Made by a program: the position numbers and the translations under genes
Source of the DNA: Mobula hypostoma
Lineage: Eukaryota
DNA length: 64,000 nt
Direction of reading: 5' to 3'
Assembly: GCF_963921235.1 (NCBI RefSeq)
Contig: NC_086097.1
Coordinates: forward strand, 205,904,001-205,968,000
In this document: piece by piece, positions 48,556 through 61,869 of the stretch
How positions within the stretch are numbered: position 1 is the stretch's first letter
How the letters are laid out: each line of letters opens with the position of its first letter
The notes under the pieces: generated by a model
Seen by the model: only the letters and a program-made list of their open reading frames with translations
Database searches by the model: none
Told to the model about the DNA's origin: nothing

Positions 48556-49360
48556 AGAAACATAGAAAACCGAAAACATACAGCACAATACAGGCCCTTC
48601 GGCCCTCAAAGCTGTGCTGAACATGCCCCTACCTTAGGACTACCTAGGCTTTACCCATAGTCCTCTATTTTTAAGCTCCATGTAACCATCCAGGAGTCTC
48701 TTAAAAGACCCTATCGTTTCTGCCTCTATCACTGCCGCCGGCAGCTCATTCCACGCACTCACCACTCTCTGCATAAAAACTTACCCCTGACATCTCCTCT
48801 GTACCTACTTCTAAGCACCTTAAAACTATGCCCTCTTGTGCTAGCCATTTCAGCCCTGGGAAAAAGCCTCTGACTATCCATATGATCAATACCTCTCATT
48901 GTCTTGTACACCTCTTATTAGGTCACCTCTCATCCTCCATCACTCCAAGGAGAAAAGGCCAAGTTCACTCAACCTATTCTCATATGGCATGCTCCCCAAT
49001 CCAGGCAACAACCTTGTAAATCTTCTCTGCACCCTTTCTATGGTTTCCATGTCTTTCCTGTAGTGAGGTGAACAGAATTGAGCACAGTACTCCAAGTGGG
49101 GTCTGAACAGGGTTGTATATAGCTGCAACATTACCTCTCGGCTCTTAAACTCAGTCCCAAGATTGATGAAGGCCAATGCACCGTATGTTTTCCTCACCAC
49201 AGAGTCAACCTGCGCAGCAGCTTTGAGTGTCCTATAGATGCGGACCTTAAGATCTCTCTGATCCTCCACACTGCCAAGAGTCTTACCATCAATATTATAT
49301 TCTGCCATCATATTTGACCTACCAAAATTAACCACCTCACACTTATCTGGGTTGAACTCC
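48556..49360 (-). mobile_element. Antisense CR1 3' portion nested in the old CR1
   Basis: EFNPDKCEVVNFGR...RPHLEYCAQF; tail rc of agaaacatagaaaa. Confidence 0.9.
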
Positions 49361-52300
49361 AGACAAGGAAATATTGAATAGGTTTGGACTGTATTCATTA
49401 GAACATAGAAGACTGAGGGGAGATTTGACAGAGGTATACAAAATTATGAGGCATAGATAGGGTAAATGCAAGCAGGCTTTATCCTGAGGTTGGGTGGGAT
49501 TACAACCAGACGTCATGGGTTAAGGGTGAGGGGTGAGAAGTTCAAGAGAAAACGAGGGGAAACCTCTTCACTCAACAGGGTGAAAGTGTGTGTAATGAGC
49601 TGCCAGCACAAGTGGTGCGTGCGAGCTTGATTTCAATGCTTAAGGGAAGCTTGGATAGGTACATGGATAGCAGGGATATGGACTCCTATAGTCCCAGTGC
49701 AGACTGATGGGAGCATGCAGTTTAAAATGGGTTCAGCATGGACTGGATGGGCCAAAGGGCCTCTTTCTGTGCTGTACTTTTCTATGACTTTATAACTGTG
49801 TATTAACAATGTTTTCATGGCTTGACATTACAACAAAACTATCCACAATAAAACCTTCATAATCTTGCCACAGATTTACTGCACTCATTTTGAATACTGA
49901 TTCGCCTCTTGTAACAGAGGCAGTACATAATCATAATCTCTTACTCTTTGATGATCAAGGAAAAGTTCTTTCAATTATAAACTTTAGAGGAGAGTCTAAT
50001 GACAATATACACACTGGCCATCGGCAGAATTATAGCCTTGATGTAATACTGTAAAGCTCTTCCCCCCCACCCCCACAGTTTGTCTTTGCATTTCTTTGCT
50101 GGAACATAAAAGAAGATAGATGTTTCTATATTTTATATACACATCAGCCGAAGGTAGAAGTTAAGTGATTTTTGATTGTGAGAACAAAAATAGTTCTCTA
50201 AATCTTTTCCTTTGACTTTCCAATTGCTCCTGCACACTGTTTTCTAGCTTTGTATATTGCTACCATTTTGCAGATCAAATAACTTAATCTGTAGAAATCT
50301 GACTGTGTGGGAACTGGAGCAATACTGACTGCACAGGAGATTGAACTAACTGCTGCATTAAGTAATGAGCTTCTCCCAATAAATGCCACATGCAGTGATA
50401 CGGCATAGATCTCATTGAATTGTTGAAGAAACATCTCTTTTGCCACTTTACTAAGACTTGAGACACTGAACTGATACAATGATAAATTCACATGAAAGGT
50501 ACAACCTATTAATGCTCTTTTGCAATTAAGAGATTATATCTGATCTTGAAACATTTGCACCATACTATGTGCAACAGTAGAGGGAACTAATTTAACTACC
50601 TATATGAAACAAACACTACAAAAAAAATGCATCAGGGAATGTTTTCTTTTAACTTAATGATGCTTTAATGACATTCACGTGAGCAAATATTCAGAAGAAT
50701 TTAATCATAAATCGACTTCAAATTTAAATACAGTTTCTGAGAAGGAAAAGAAATTACTTCTTAAGCTTCCAGTAAACTGATGTACACTAATTGTTTGGAA
50801 ATCAGGCACACAGCTTTTACACGCATTCAACTTGTCAAATGCAAGGTCTCTTTGGGAGGCAAGGAGAATACATGAAAGAAATTGTGTAATACCAGATAAA
50901 TTTCTATTGCAGAATATTGCTGAAACTATTTATATTTAGGCTTCTAAACATGTTCTGACACCAGTGACATTATATAATAGCCCCCAAATAATTTACTTCT
51001 GCAGCCACTTGCTTTGTGCCTGGGGATCGTGGCATGACAATGGCATGTGTTCGTTGCTCTGCCTGCTTTCTGACTTCTCAAGGTTGGTAAAAGAGATCCA
51101 ATTCTGGGCTTAACCAGGAGAATCGAGCTGCTTCCCAGCACCACTGTCTGGGAATAATCTTGAAGATTAAATGTCACTAACAGATGTGCTTGTTTTACAT
51201 TGATAGACCATAATATTCCATAGCTCATTTTATTTGGAGTAAATTGTATCATCTAACATGATAATGTGTGATATTACTATACAATTGAATCTCTATTTAA
51301 GCTAGACCGCACCTCACATATACTAACCAACACCCACCTCCTGTAAAATTTCAGTTTCCTAACTAATACTTCTTAGCCCTATGGGATTTATTGTACTAAA
51401 GGCCTCCATTCCAAAGCCCAGCTGTGAGGTGTGGTGACCTGCTCTTAGACAGTGGATTCACAAGTCTCATCCCTTAGACAGCCAACACAGCCTTTGACAA
51501 CTTGCCACCAAAGACATTTCTTCTATTATAAAGATGTCCCTTATATTGAGAGACATTCAAATCAAATTTAAATGCAGCTAATTCCAAAAGCTAACATTTT
51601 AAAATGATTAAAAATGAAATAAGCTGCCTGTATGCCAATTAAAAACAAAAAAAAACAAACAAAAGGCAATCTAGACAAAAGACATTTAAACTTACTCCTG
51701 AAAGCAAAGATTTATGATCCCAGTCAAATTAATGGGGTTATTGCCGTCTCCAGCCAAAGTATTACTTATACTCCAGTCTGGATGAGATGTGAATCAACTC
51801 CTCAGCTTAATAAACTCTGAAATTAGTACTGAGCATACTGCCTTGCATATTCCCAGGTTTAGTCTTGTAGTGCTCAGAACTAAAAATGAAGATGAGCTAA
51901 ATAATGGAAAGCTTGATCTGTTCCATAGAATTCCATCAAAACTGAAATCATAATGATCTGGATAATTATCTTACCAAATTGTACAACTTCATATTTTTGG
52001 TATCATGATATTTCACTGCATCATTTTACATATCTTAAATAAAATTCAGAAATTTGTTAACAAAGTAATATGTAATTGCTGAGATTCTAATTTGGATTGA
52101 TTCTTTCAAACATAATTGGTCAGAACTTATCGAACATAACAAAGTCAATAAAAAGATGGTAATGTACTGTGAAAGAATGCAAGAAAGTGGAAATATACCC
52201 ACAAAAACTCAAGAAAACCAAAATGCATATCCAACCAGGACATGGGAGCATATGCAGTATGAAATAATATAGGACTTTCCGGGGGGGGGGGGGGGGCATT

Positions 52301-52728
52301 AATTTCATTTTTGCACCATGAGATGATTTCAGACCCGAATGGTAGATTTTTGTTAATTACTGGTTTGTTATTTAACAAAAAAGTTGTTATGCTTAATGTC
52401 TATGCCCCAAATGTTGACTATCCCGAATTTTAAGAATCTCTTTACATCTCTTCCTAATTTAAATGATTATATATTATGGGTGGAGATTTTAACTGTTGTT
52501 TAAATCCTTTGATGGATAGATCCATGTCGAATCAAGTACTTCCGAATAAATCAGCTACTCTTATTAACTCTTTTAAGACTGACTCTGGAATCTCAGAAAT
52601 TTGGAGATTCTTGCATCCAAATGAAAAACAGTTCTCATTTTTTTCACATGTATATCACTATTCAAGAATTGATTATTTTCTTATCGATTTTCGATTAATT
52701 CCACTTGTTATTGGTTGCAAATAAGATT

Positions 52729-53037
52729 GTGGGCACGTGGCTAAGTGGTTAAGGCATTGGACTAGCAACCTGAAGGTTGTGAGTTCGAGCCCCAGCCGAG
52801 GGAACATGTTGTGTCCTTGAGCAAGGCACTTAATCACACGTTGCTCTGTGACAACACTGGTGCCAAGCTGTATGGGTCCTAACGCCCTTCCCTTGGACAA
52901 CATTGGTGTCATGGAGAGGGGAGACTTGCAGCATGGGCAACTGCTGGTCTTCCATACAACCTTGCCCAGGCCTGCGCCCTGGAGAGTGAAGACTTTCCAG
53001 GTGCAGATGGATGGTCTCGCAAGACTAACAGATGCCT
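52729..53037 (+). mobile_element. tRNA-derived SINE with RTE-like tail, inserted in the L1 endonuclease region
   Basis: A box TGGCTAAGTGG (52738-52748), B box GAGTTCGAGCC (52781-52791); TSD TAAGATT at 52722-52728 and 53038-53044. Confidence 0.9.
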
Positions 53038-55174
53038 TAAGATTCTTTTGCTGTTTCTGATCATGCGCCTTTAAAACTATCTATTAAGTCAAGGGATACA
53101 TCTTCTAGCTCTAGACAATGGCGATTTAATACCACTTTGCTTCAAGATTCGGATTTTGTTAAGTTTATTGAAGAACAGATTAATTTTTTCTTCATAACAA
53201 ATTCTGCAGAGCATATTTCCAGCGGGACACTATGGGATACTTTTAAAGCATATATTCATGGACAAATTATTTCATATACTGCTGGATTAAAAGATCAAAC
53301 TAATTATGAAATACTTAAACTGGTTGACAAGATTAAAGAAATTGACAAGAAATATTCCATTACTCCTAATCAGGAGCTTTACAAAGAGAGAGTTGAACTT
53401 CAAATGGAACATAATCTAATACTATTATCTTCGATTGAAAGTCAATTAACCAAAACTAAGAGTCAATTCTATATACATGGTGATAAAACTGGGAAACTAT
53501 TGGCTAATCAAATGAAATAGGCTTCGGTTAAGCGACAGATTGTTAAGATCGTAAACAAGATGGCACTCTGACGGTTGACCATGATGAGATAAATAAATCC
53601 TTTCAAGAATTTTATACCTCCCTATATCAATCAGAATTTCCTGATGATTCCACTATAATGCATGAATTCTTAAAGAAATTGAATATTCCAAAATTATCAT
53701 CTAATGAACATTTAAAACTAGACGTACCTATTACAGTAGAAGAAATAAAAAATGCTATTCTTTCGATGAACTCAAGTAAAGCACCTGGCCCAGATGGATA
53801 TACAATAGAATTTCTTTTAAATCTTTCTCTACTACACTGACTCCTTGGCTATGTAGAATTTTTAGGGATGCAGTATCGACAGGTAAATTACCACAAACTA
53901 TTTATTGAGCTTCTATTTCCCTAATTCTTAAAAAAGATAAGGATCCTACTGAATGTGCATCTTACAGGCCTATATCTTTGTTGAGTGCGGATTCTAAGAT
54001 TTTTTCTAAAATATTGGCAATGAGATTGGAGAATGTATTGCCTCAAAGTATTTCTGCTGATCAGATTGGATTTATTAAAAATCATTATTTTTTTAGTATT
54101 AGGAGATTAACTAATATTGTTTATACTCCTTCACCCAGAACTCCAGAATGTGTCATTTCATTGGACGCTGAGAAAACCTTTAACAGAGTTGAATGGGCAT
54201 ACTTATTTAATACCCTTGAGAAATTTAATTTTAGTCTGATATTTATATCTTGGATTAAATTGATATATCTTAATCCTTTGGCTTCAGTATTTACTAATAA
54301 TCAAAGATCTCCCCTTTTTCATTTATTCCGTGGTACTAGGCAGGGTTGCCCTCTTAGTCCACCACTATTCAATATTGCCTTGGAACCACTAGCTATTGCT
54401 ATTCGTGACTCCCCTAATATATTTGGTATCACCCATGGTAATGAGACACATAAATGATCACTATATGCAGATGATTTACTATTATATATTTCTAACCCGG
54501 GGAAATCTATTCCGGCAGTATTAACTCTGCTTACTCATTTTAGTAGTTCGTTATAAATTGAATCTAGGCAAGAGTGAACTTTTTCCATTAAATATGCAGG
54601 TTCCCATTTATAGATGTTCTCCATTCAGAGTGATTATTGACTATTTTACTTATTTGGGAGTTAAAATTACTTAGAGACATAAGGATTTATTCAAGTTCAA
54701 TCTTTTACCGTTAATTAGTCAGGTTAAACAACTGATTACTAAGTGGTCCCCATTGTCCCTATCACTGATTGGCCGAATTAATGCTATGAAAATGATTATT
54801 TTACCGAAATTCTTATATTTATTTCAAGCGATACCAATTTTTATTCCTAAATCCTTTTTTGATACTATCGATTCTAAAATTTCCTCATATATGGCAGAAC
54901 AAAAATCCATATACGTTTGTAGATCAAGTAAAAAATATTTACAGAAGTCCAAGAAAGATGGTGGTTTAGCACTGCCTAATCTTAAGATTTTATTATTGGG
55001 CAATTAATATTCGATATCTAATATTTTGGACACGAGATTGGAATATAATTCCAAGTCCACATTAGGTAAACCTTGAAGGCTACTCTGTACAAGGGTTCTC
55101 TTTGGCTTCCATTTTAGGAACTTCACTTCCTTTTGTATTATCTAATTTGAATAAACAAATGGTTAATCCAATAA

Positions 55175-55797
55175 TAGTCATAGTCATACTTTATTGATCC
55201 CAGGGAAAATTGGTTTTCATTACAGTTGCATCATAAATAATTAAATAGTAATAAAACCATAAATAGTTTAATAGTAATATGTAAATATGTAAATTATGCC
55301 AGGAAATAAGTCCATGACCAGCCTATTGGTTCAGAGTGTCTGACCCTCCAAGGGAGGAGTTGTAAAGTTTGATGGCCACAGGCAGGAATGACTTCCTATG
55401 ATGCTCTGTGTTGCATCTCAGTGGAATGAGTCTCTGGCTGAATGCACTCCCGTGCCCAACCAGTACATTATATAGTGGATGGAAGACATTGTCCAAGATG
55501 GCATGCAACTTGGACAGCATCCTCTTTTCAGACACCACCGTCAGAGAGTCCAGTTCCATCCCCACAACATCACTGGCCTTACGAATTAGCTTGTTGATTC
55601 TGTTGGTGTCTGCTACCCTTAGCTTGCTGGCTCAGCACACAACAGCAAACATGATAGCATTGGCCACCGCAGACTCATAGAACATCCTCAGCATCGTCCG
55701 ACAGATGTTAAAGGACCTCAGTCTCCTCAGGAAATAGAGATGGCTCTGACCCTTCTTATAGACAGCCTCAGTGTTCTTTGACCCGTCCAGTTTATTG
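55175..55797 (-). mobile_element. Rex1/Babar LINE 3' portion inserted in L1
   Basis: KNTEAVYKKGQSHLYFLRRLRSFNI...HPL...SQRLIPLRCNTEHHRKSFLPVAIKLYN; tail ccctgggatcaataaagtatgactatgacta. Confidence 0.85.
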
Positions 55798-57224
55798 TAT
55801 TAAATGTATTAAACATACATTACGAATAGGATTCAATTTCGTAAAGTTTTTGGTTTGAACAAATTTATATTATCAAGCCCTATTATACCTAAATTTTTTT
55901 TCAACCCTCAGTTATGGACCAAGCCTTTTGGATATGGAAAACGAAAGGTATAACATGTTTTCGTGACTTATTTCCGGATAACTGTTTCATGTCTTTTGAA
56001 CAGTTTCTAAGAAATTTGATTTGCCTAGTTCCCATTTGTTTTAGATATTTACAAATAAGAAATGTTTTAAATACCATGCTGTCTACCTTCCCGACCTCAT
56101 ACCCTACTGATATCCTCGATAAAATTTTTAGGTTTAAGTCCTCTTCAGAAGGGATTAATAGCATCTATCTATGATATAATTATGAAATTACAGCCAGATA
56201 TATCTGATAAAATTAAAAATGAATGGGAAAGGGAACTTCAACTTTGCCTACCTATAGAGAAATAGGATAAATTTTTTCAATTAGTCAGTACTTCCTCTAT
56301 ATACATACACTAATACAATTTAAAGTAGTGCGTAGGGCCCATATGTCTAAAGATAAATCAGCCCATTTTTATTCCCATATAAACCCTATTTGTGACAGAT
56401 GTCACTCTGAAGTGGCTTCTTTAACCCATATGTTTTGGTCCTGTCCCCTTTTGGAAAGACTTTGGAAAGATATTTTGGCTATTATCTCAACAGTTCTGTG
56501 TTTTGATTTGCAACCCCATTCTATTACGGCAATTTTTGGATTGCCAATGGTAGAACATAGATTTTTATCCTCTTCAGCCTGTCGGATGATTGCATTTGTT
56601 ACTTTAATGGCCAGAAGATCCATTTTATTGAACTGGAAGGAGACGAATCCTCCTACTACATTTCAATGGTGTTCCCAAACTAAATTAAGTTTAAATTTAG
56701 AAAAAAATTACAAGTGATATTTTTGATCCTTCAGTTAAATTTGAAGAGACTTGGAAACCAGTTATTCAACATTTTCATATTATGTAATTTGACCTTTCCT
56801 AATCCTTCTTATTAACTTAAAATATATGAATAGAGGAGCGGAGTTGACGACATTATTGAACGTGTTCGATTTAAGATCTAGCCTTGTTTTGTTCCGTTTG
56901 CTTTTTTTGGGTTTAGTATTTAGTTCTTTTTTTTGTTTCTTTTTGGGGGTTTTCTTTGTATTTTTTCGTTTTTATTTCTTTTTTCTCTATGATTAATTAC
57001 ATCATGAGTTTGGAAGTCTATTATACTTGTATTATTTGAAATCTTTTTTGTATATGCTTATTAACAATAAGATTATTCCAATCTCTCTGTGTCAACATTG
57101 TTAATCTTTTTATAACTTTGGAAAATTAATAAAAAGATTTAAAAAGAAAGAAATAAAGAAATAATTTAATTACCAAAGTGGCTTTGTACAATCAAAATAA
57201 CAACCCAGAAATTCTCCTGACATG

Positions 57225-58832
57225 CAGTTCTATAAAAAGTATTCGCCTCCCCTGGAAGTTTTCATGTTTATTGTTTTACATCACTGAATCACTGGTTTTA
57301 ATTTGGCTTTTTTGACACTGATCAACAGAAAAGACTTTTGTGTCAAAGTGAAAACAAATTTCCACAAGTTGATATATACTTATTACAATTATTAAACACA
57401 AAATAATTGATTGCAAAATTACTCACCCCCTTCAATTCAGTATTTAGTAGATGCGTCTTTGGCAGCAATTACAGCCTTGGGTCTGTGTGGATAGGTTTTC
57501 AGTAGCTTTGCCTAACTGGACACTAATTTTTCCCCCAATTATTCTTTACAAACCTACTCAAGATCTATCAGATTGTATGGGGATTGTGACTGAATAGCCC
57601 TTTTCAAGTCCAGCCTCAAATTCTCAATTGGATTGAGGTCTAGGCTCTGATTTGGCCAGTACTTTGCTACTTTTAAGCCATTTCTGTGTAGCTTTGGCTT
57701 TATGTTTGGGGTCATTGTCTTGCTAAAAAAAACTAATCTTCTCCCAAGGCACAGTTCTCTTACAGACTGCAGCAGGTTTTCCTCCAGGATTTCCCTGTAT
57801 TTTGTTGCATTCATTTTACCTTCATATGCCTTCCAGGGCCTGCTGCAGTGAAGCATCCTCACAGTATGATGCAGCCACCACCATGCTTCACAGTAGGGAT
57901 GGTGTGTTTTTATAATGTGCAGTGTTTGGTTTACACCAAACAGAGCAATTAGTCTGATAGCCAAAAAACTCAGTTTTGGTTTCATCAGACCATAGATCCT
58001 TCTTCCAACTGACTTCAGAGTCTCCCACATGCCTTTTGGGAAAACTCAAGCCAAGATATCATGTGAGGTTTTTTTTCCCCCAACAGTGGCTTTCTCTTCA
58101 CCACTCTACCATAAAGCTGAAACTGGTCAATCACTCAGGCAACAGTTGTTAGCTCTCCCATCTCAGCTACTAAAGCTTGTAATTGTTCCAGAGTTGTCAT
58201 TGGTCTCTTGGTGGCCTCCCTCGTTAGTCCCCTTCTTGTACAATCACTCAGTTTTAAAGGACAGCCTGCACTTGGCAGATTTACAGCTGTGCTATATTCT
58301 TTCTATTTCTTTATTGACTTAACTGTACTCCAAGGGATATACAGTGACTTTGAAAATTTCTTGTATCCATCTCCTGACTTGTGCTTTTCAATAACCTTTT
58401 CACAGAGTTGCTTGGAGTATTCTTTTGTCTTCACAGTGTAGTTTTTGCCAGGATACTGACTCACCAGCTGTTGGACCTTCCAGATACAGGTGCATTTTTA
58501 CTACAATCAGTTGAAACACCTTGACTGCACGCAGGGGATCTCCATTTAACTAATTATGTGACTTCTAAAACCAATTGGCTGCACCAGTGATGATTTGGTC
58601 TGTCATATTGAAGGGGGTGAATACTTCTGTAATCAATGATTTTGTGTTTTATATTTGTAATCAATTTAGATCACTTTGTAGAGATATGTTTTCACTTTGA
58701 AATGAAAGTTTTTTTTCTGTTGATCGCTGTCAAAAAAAAGCCTAATTAAATCCATTGTGATTCAATGCTGTAAAATAATAAAACATGAAAACTTCTAAGA
58801 TGGGCGGGGGTGAATACTTTTTATAGGCACTG
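57225..58832 (-). mobile_element. Full-length Tc1 transposon, IR/DR type
   Basis: TIRs of about 210-225 bp (cagt...actg), each with two direct repeats (aagtattcaccccc-like); TA at 58833-58834, left TA mutated to TG. Confidence 0.92.
57437..58434 (-). pseudogene. Tc1 transposase pseudogene
   Basis: KTKEYSKQLCEKVIEKHKSGDGYKKI, WSDETK, KHGGGCI, QDNDPKH, WPNQSLDLNPIENL, AVIAAKDASTKY*; multiple frameshifts. Confidence 0.9.
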
Positions 58833-59972
58833 TAGCACATGCACTGGCTGTTTTTCTACCTGTCACATGTTCTTAACCATAAGCAAGTCTCCAACAAAAT
58901 CTTTACCGAAGCCTATTCTAACCTGATCAATGAGAATCCAATCAGGCAACCATGTTGATTGTAAATCTCACAGAAACGCCCTGGTAGGTAGTGAAACCAC
59001 AAGCTGAACCAACTGTCATGCACATCTCTGGAATGCACAAACTCTTAGAGACTGCTAAAAATGAAATTCATAACAAAAATGTTCAGAATTATTTATAAGC
59101 ACAAAAACAATTCAACACATCAGAAAATATCTAAACACTATATAAATAAATTTAAATACATTCAATACTTAAACGTTACTTAACTCAATGACTTTCAGGA
59201 AATATATAAAATTACTCAAAACTTCCCTCAGCTCTCTTGCAACCTTTCCTCCCCACTATAATGAACAAATTTGCTGAATTGGCACCAGATCTAAAAGTCA
59301 ATGCAGAGAAACCTAGCACTGTGTGTGTGTCCTCTGTCGGTCGTGGTCAACCATAGGTACTGCGCCTGCGGCAGTCACTGGTTTGTCGAGCAGCGTCGAC
59401 TGTGGCTACTGGGGCCGATCCCGGAACAGCAGGCTCTGCCACAGTTGCTGCATAGGTAGGGCGTCATGGAATTGTTGTCCGCTGTCCGCTGTGCTCTCCG
59501 CTCCTCAAACCGACTCAAGACCACTCGTTTTCCTTGCTCTAAGTGTTGCTGAAGAGTACCTCATCATTTGTTATGGTCATCTGCTGTATCCTCTCAGCAA
59601 TCTGTGTTGATTTTTAGGGCTTTCATGTCACGTTTACAGAGGTCCTGAAGCGAAGCTGGGGTCTACCAACATTCCTCTTGCCTGTTGCTAGTTCTCCGCA
59701 GAGGATATCCTTTGGCAGTCTGCCATCCTTCATACGACGGTCGTGGCCCAGCCAGCGCAGTCCGCATTGTCGTAAAAGCGTGAACATTGTGGGAAGTCCA
59801 GCACAGGAGAGGACCTCGGAGTTTGGGACTTTGTCTCTCCAGGTGATGCCGAGGATGCGGTGAAGGCTACACAGGTGAAAACTATTGAGTTTCCTCTCCT
59901 GCTTGAAGTAGATGGTCCAAGTCTCGCTACCATACAGGAGGGTGCTGATAACAGATGCATTGTACACAGCAT

Positions 59973-60232
59973 GTGTAGGCAAGTGGTTAAGTCATTGGAC
60001 TAGCGACCTGTAGGTCGTGAGTTCGAGCCCCAGCCGAGGGAACGTGTTGTGTCCTTGAGCAAAGCACTTAATCACACATTGCTCTGCGATGACACTGGTG
60101 CCAAGCTGTATGGGTCCTAATGCCCTTCCCTTGGACAACATTGGTGTCATGGAGAGGGGAGACTTGCAGCATGGGCAAGAAGTCTTTCCAGGCGCAGATC
60201 CATGGTCTCGCAAGACTAACGGATGCCTTTAA
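59973..60232 (+). mobile_element. tRNA-derived SINE, same family as 52729-53037, with an internal deletion
   Basis: 12-bp TSD TGTACACAGCAT at 59961-59972 and 60233-60244; B box gagttcgagcc. Confidence 0.92.
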
Positions 60233-60968
60233 TGTACACAGCATTCTTGGTCTTTGTAGCGAGTTTCAGATTCTCCCAGACCCGCAAGGAGAGTCGAGCA
60301 AGGATCCATGCTGCTTTGCCGATACGCCTATTGATTTCAGCATCGAGGGAGAGGGTGTCGCTAATGGTATGTGAACTCCTGGACCACTTCTAGATCGTAA
60401 TTGTTGATGGTAATGATTGGTGTCTCCACTATGTTCTGGGCAAGTACATTTGTTTTCTTTTGGCTGATGGTAAGTCCGAAGTCCTTGCATGCCTTAGAGA
60501 AGCGGTCCATGAGCGTTTGTAGTTGCTGGTTGGTGTGCAAGGTTATAGCAGCATCATTGGCAAAGAGCATGTCACGTATTAAGATCTTTCACACCTTTGC
60601 TCCTGCTCTCAAGCACGCAGGGTTGAACAGCCGCCCATCAGACCCGGTGTGCATGTAGATGCCTTCTGTCGACCTCCCAAATGCATGCTTCAATAGCAGA
60701 GGGAAGATGCCGAATAATGTTGGGGCCAGCACGCACCCTTGTTTGACTCCACTATGAATAGCGATGAGCTGCCATCATACTGAACAGTAGCCCTCATGTC
60801 ATCATGAAATGACGATGATACTTTGGAGTTTCGGGGGACAGCCGATCTTGAGGAGAATCTGAAAGAGCCCATCCCTTCTGACAAGGCCGAAAGCCTTGGT
60901 CAAGTTGATGAAAGCGACATAGAGGAGTTTTGGTTGTTCCCTGCACTTCTCCTGAAGTGACGAAACAG

Positions 60969-61869
60969 GGTTACAAAAGTACACATAGACTAAGATGTTA
61001 ACTGTCCTGTGCTAGCACCAGTGGGATCAACAGTTGATCTGCCACCTGTCTTCAGGAGAGAGAGATAAGTAAGACAATGGAGCAGCATTTGGAAATGTTA
61101 ATGAAGAGACGAGAGAGTTTAACGGAAGGAGACACCGGTCTGAGTATTGTCAAGACCGGCTCCTTTTGAACCCTGAACTGTTTGAAGTGTGATGGACAGG
61201 CGATACCCCAGCAGGGGGATTAAAAGGGACAGGTTCGCTAAGGCAATTGACACATGACTCCACGAGGTAACGAGACCCTGAAAGCAGTGTGCCCCCCCCC
61301 ACTAGTTGGTGGGAGTATTTTGGACGTCTGATCGCGGGACCAGCCATAGACGCACAGAGTGGAAAGGTACGGATCGGCGGGAACCTGGTGTGTGTGTCTG
61401 CCCTTGCCTGGGTGCTGGGTTCACCGCAGAAGAAAGATTGTATCTGGAACGGAGGGGTCACAGTCGGTGACCTCCGAAGACATTACAAAGGGCTCGCCCG
61501 AAAGCTGACTGCGAGGAATATCGAAGGTCTGTTTGGAATTCGATTTGATTATTCATTCGTTCTCTCTCTCTCCCCCCCCCCCACCGCCCCCAATGGCACA
61601 ACGGTGATTACTGTGGACTGAACTGAACTTTGTGTCACTTGAAACTGGTCATTTACCCCTAGACGGCGATAGAGCTTGATTGATCCTATTATCCTAGTTC
61701 TGTGTACATGTGTGTTTATTCATTGCTAACCTGTTGCATTTATATCCTTACTATTAGAGTACTGTGTTGCTTATTTCTTTAATAAAACTTTCTTAGTTCC
61801 AGTAATCCAGACTCCAACTGAGCGGTCCATTTCTGCTGGTTTGGCAGCTCAGTTACGGGGTACGTAACA
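60969..61869 (+). mobile_element. Solo LTR, same family as 31926-32787
   Basis: Ends ggggtacgtaaca; starts ggttaca (TG lost); flanked by TCCTGAAGTGAC at 60950-60961 and 61870-61881. Confidence 0.88.

Larger units (their letters stand above)
39470..49795 (+). mobile_element. Old CR1 ORF2 fragmented by nested insertions (pieces 39470-39687, 45091-45273, ~46790-48555, 49361-49795)
   Basis: Collinear motifs YYRPPN/GDFNLPHID, CIQESF...HNAISF, KANFD, KSPRPD, SLTSVLGKL, DDAKIG, then 3'UTR ttctatgact. Confidence 0.8.
52297..57162 (+). mobile_element. 5'-truncated fish-type L1 LINE (ORF2 pseudogene, 3'UTR, A-rich tail)
   Basis: Endonuclease NVYAPN, GGDFN, SRIDYFL, SDHAP; RT KAPGPDG, YRPISLL, RQGCPLSP, LYADDLL; CDRCHSEVASLTHMFWSC; AATAAA plus A-rich tail at 57128-57162. 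Confidence 0.92.

Noticed and set aside
52281..52296. G16 run at the L1 5' junction and the resulting poly-Pro ORFs
   Set aside because: Simple homopolymer; the ORFs are artefacts.
52729..52800. tRNA gene
   Set aside because: Poor stems, no T-run terminator, and it continues into a SINE body with a TSD and a second copy.
31926..61869. Two same-orientation LTRs as the ends of one 30-kb provirus
   Set aside because: Each has its own target duplication, they are clearly diverged, and no gag/pol lies between them.
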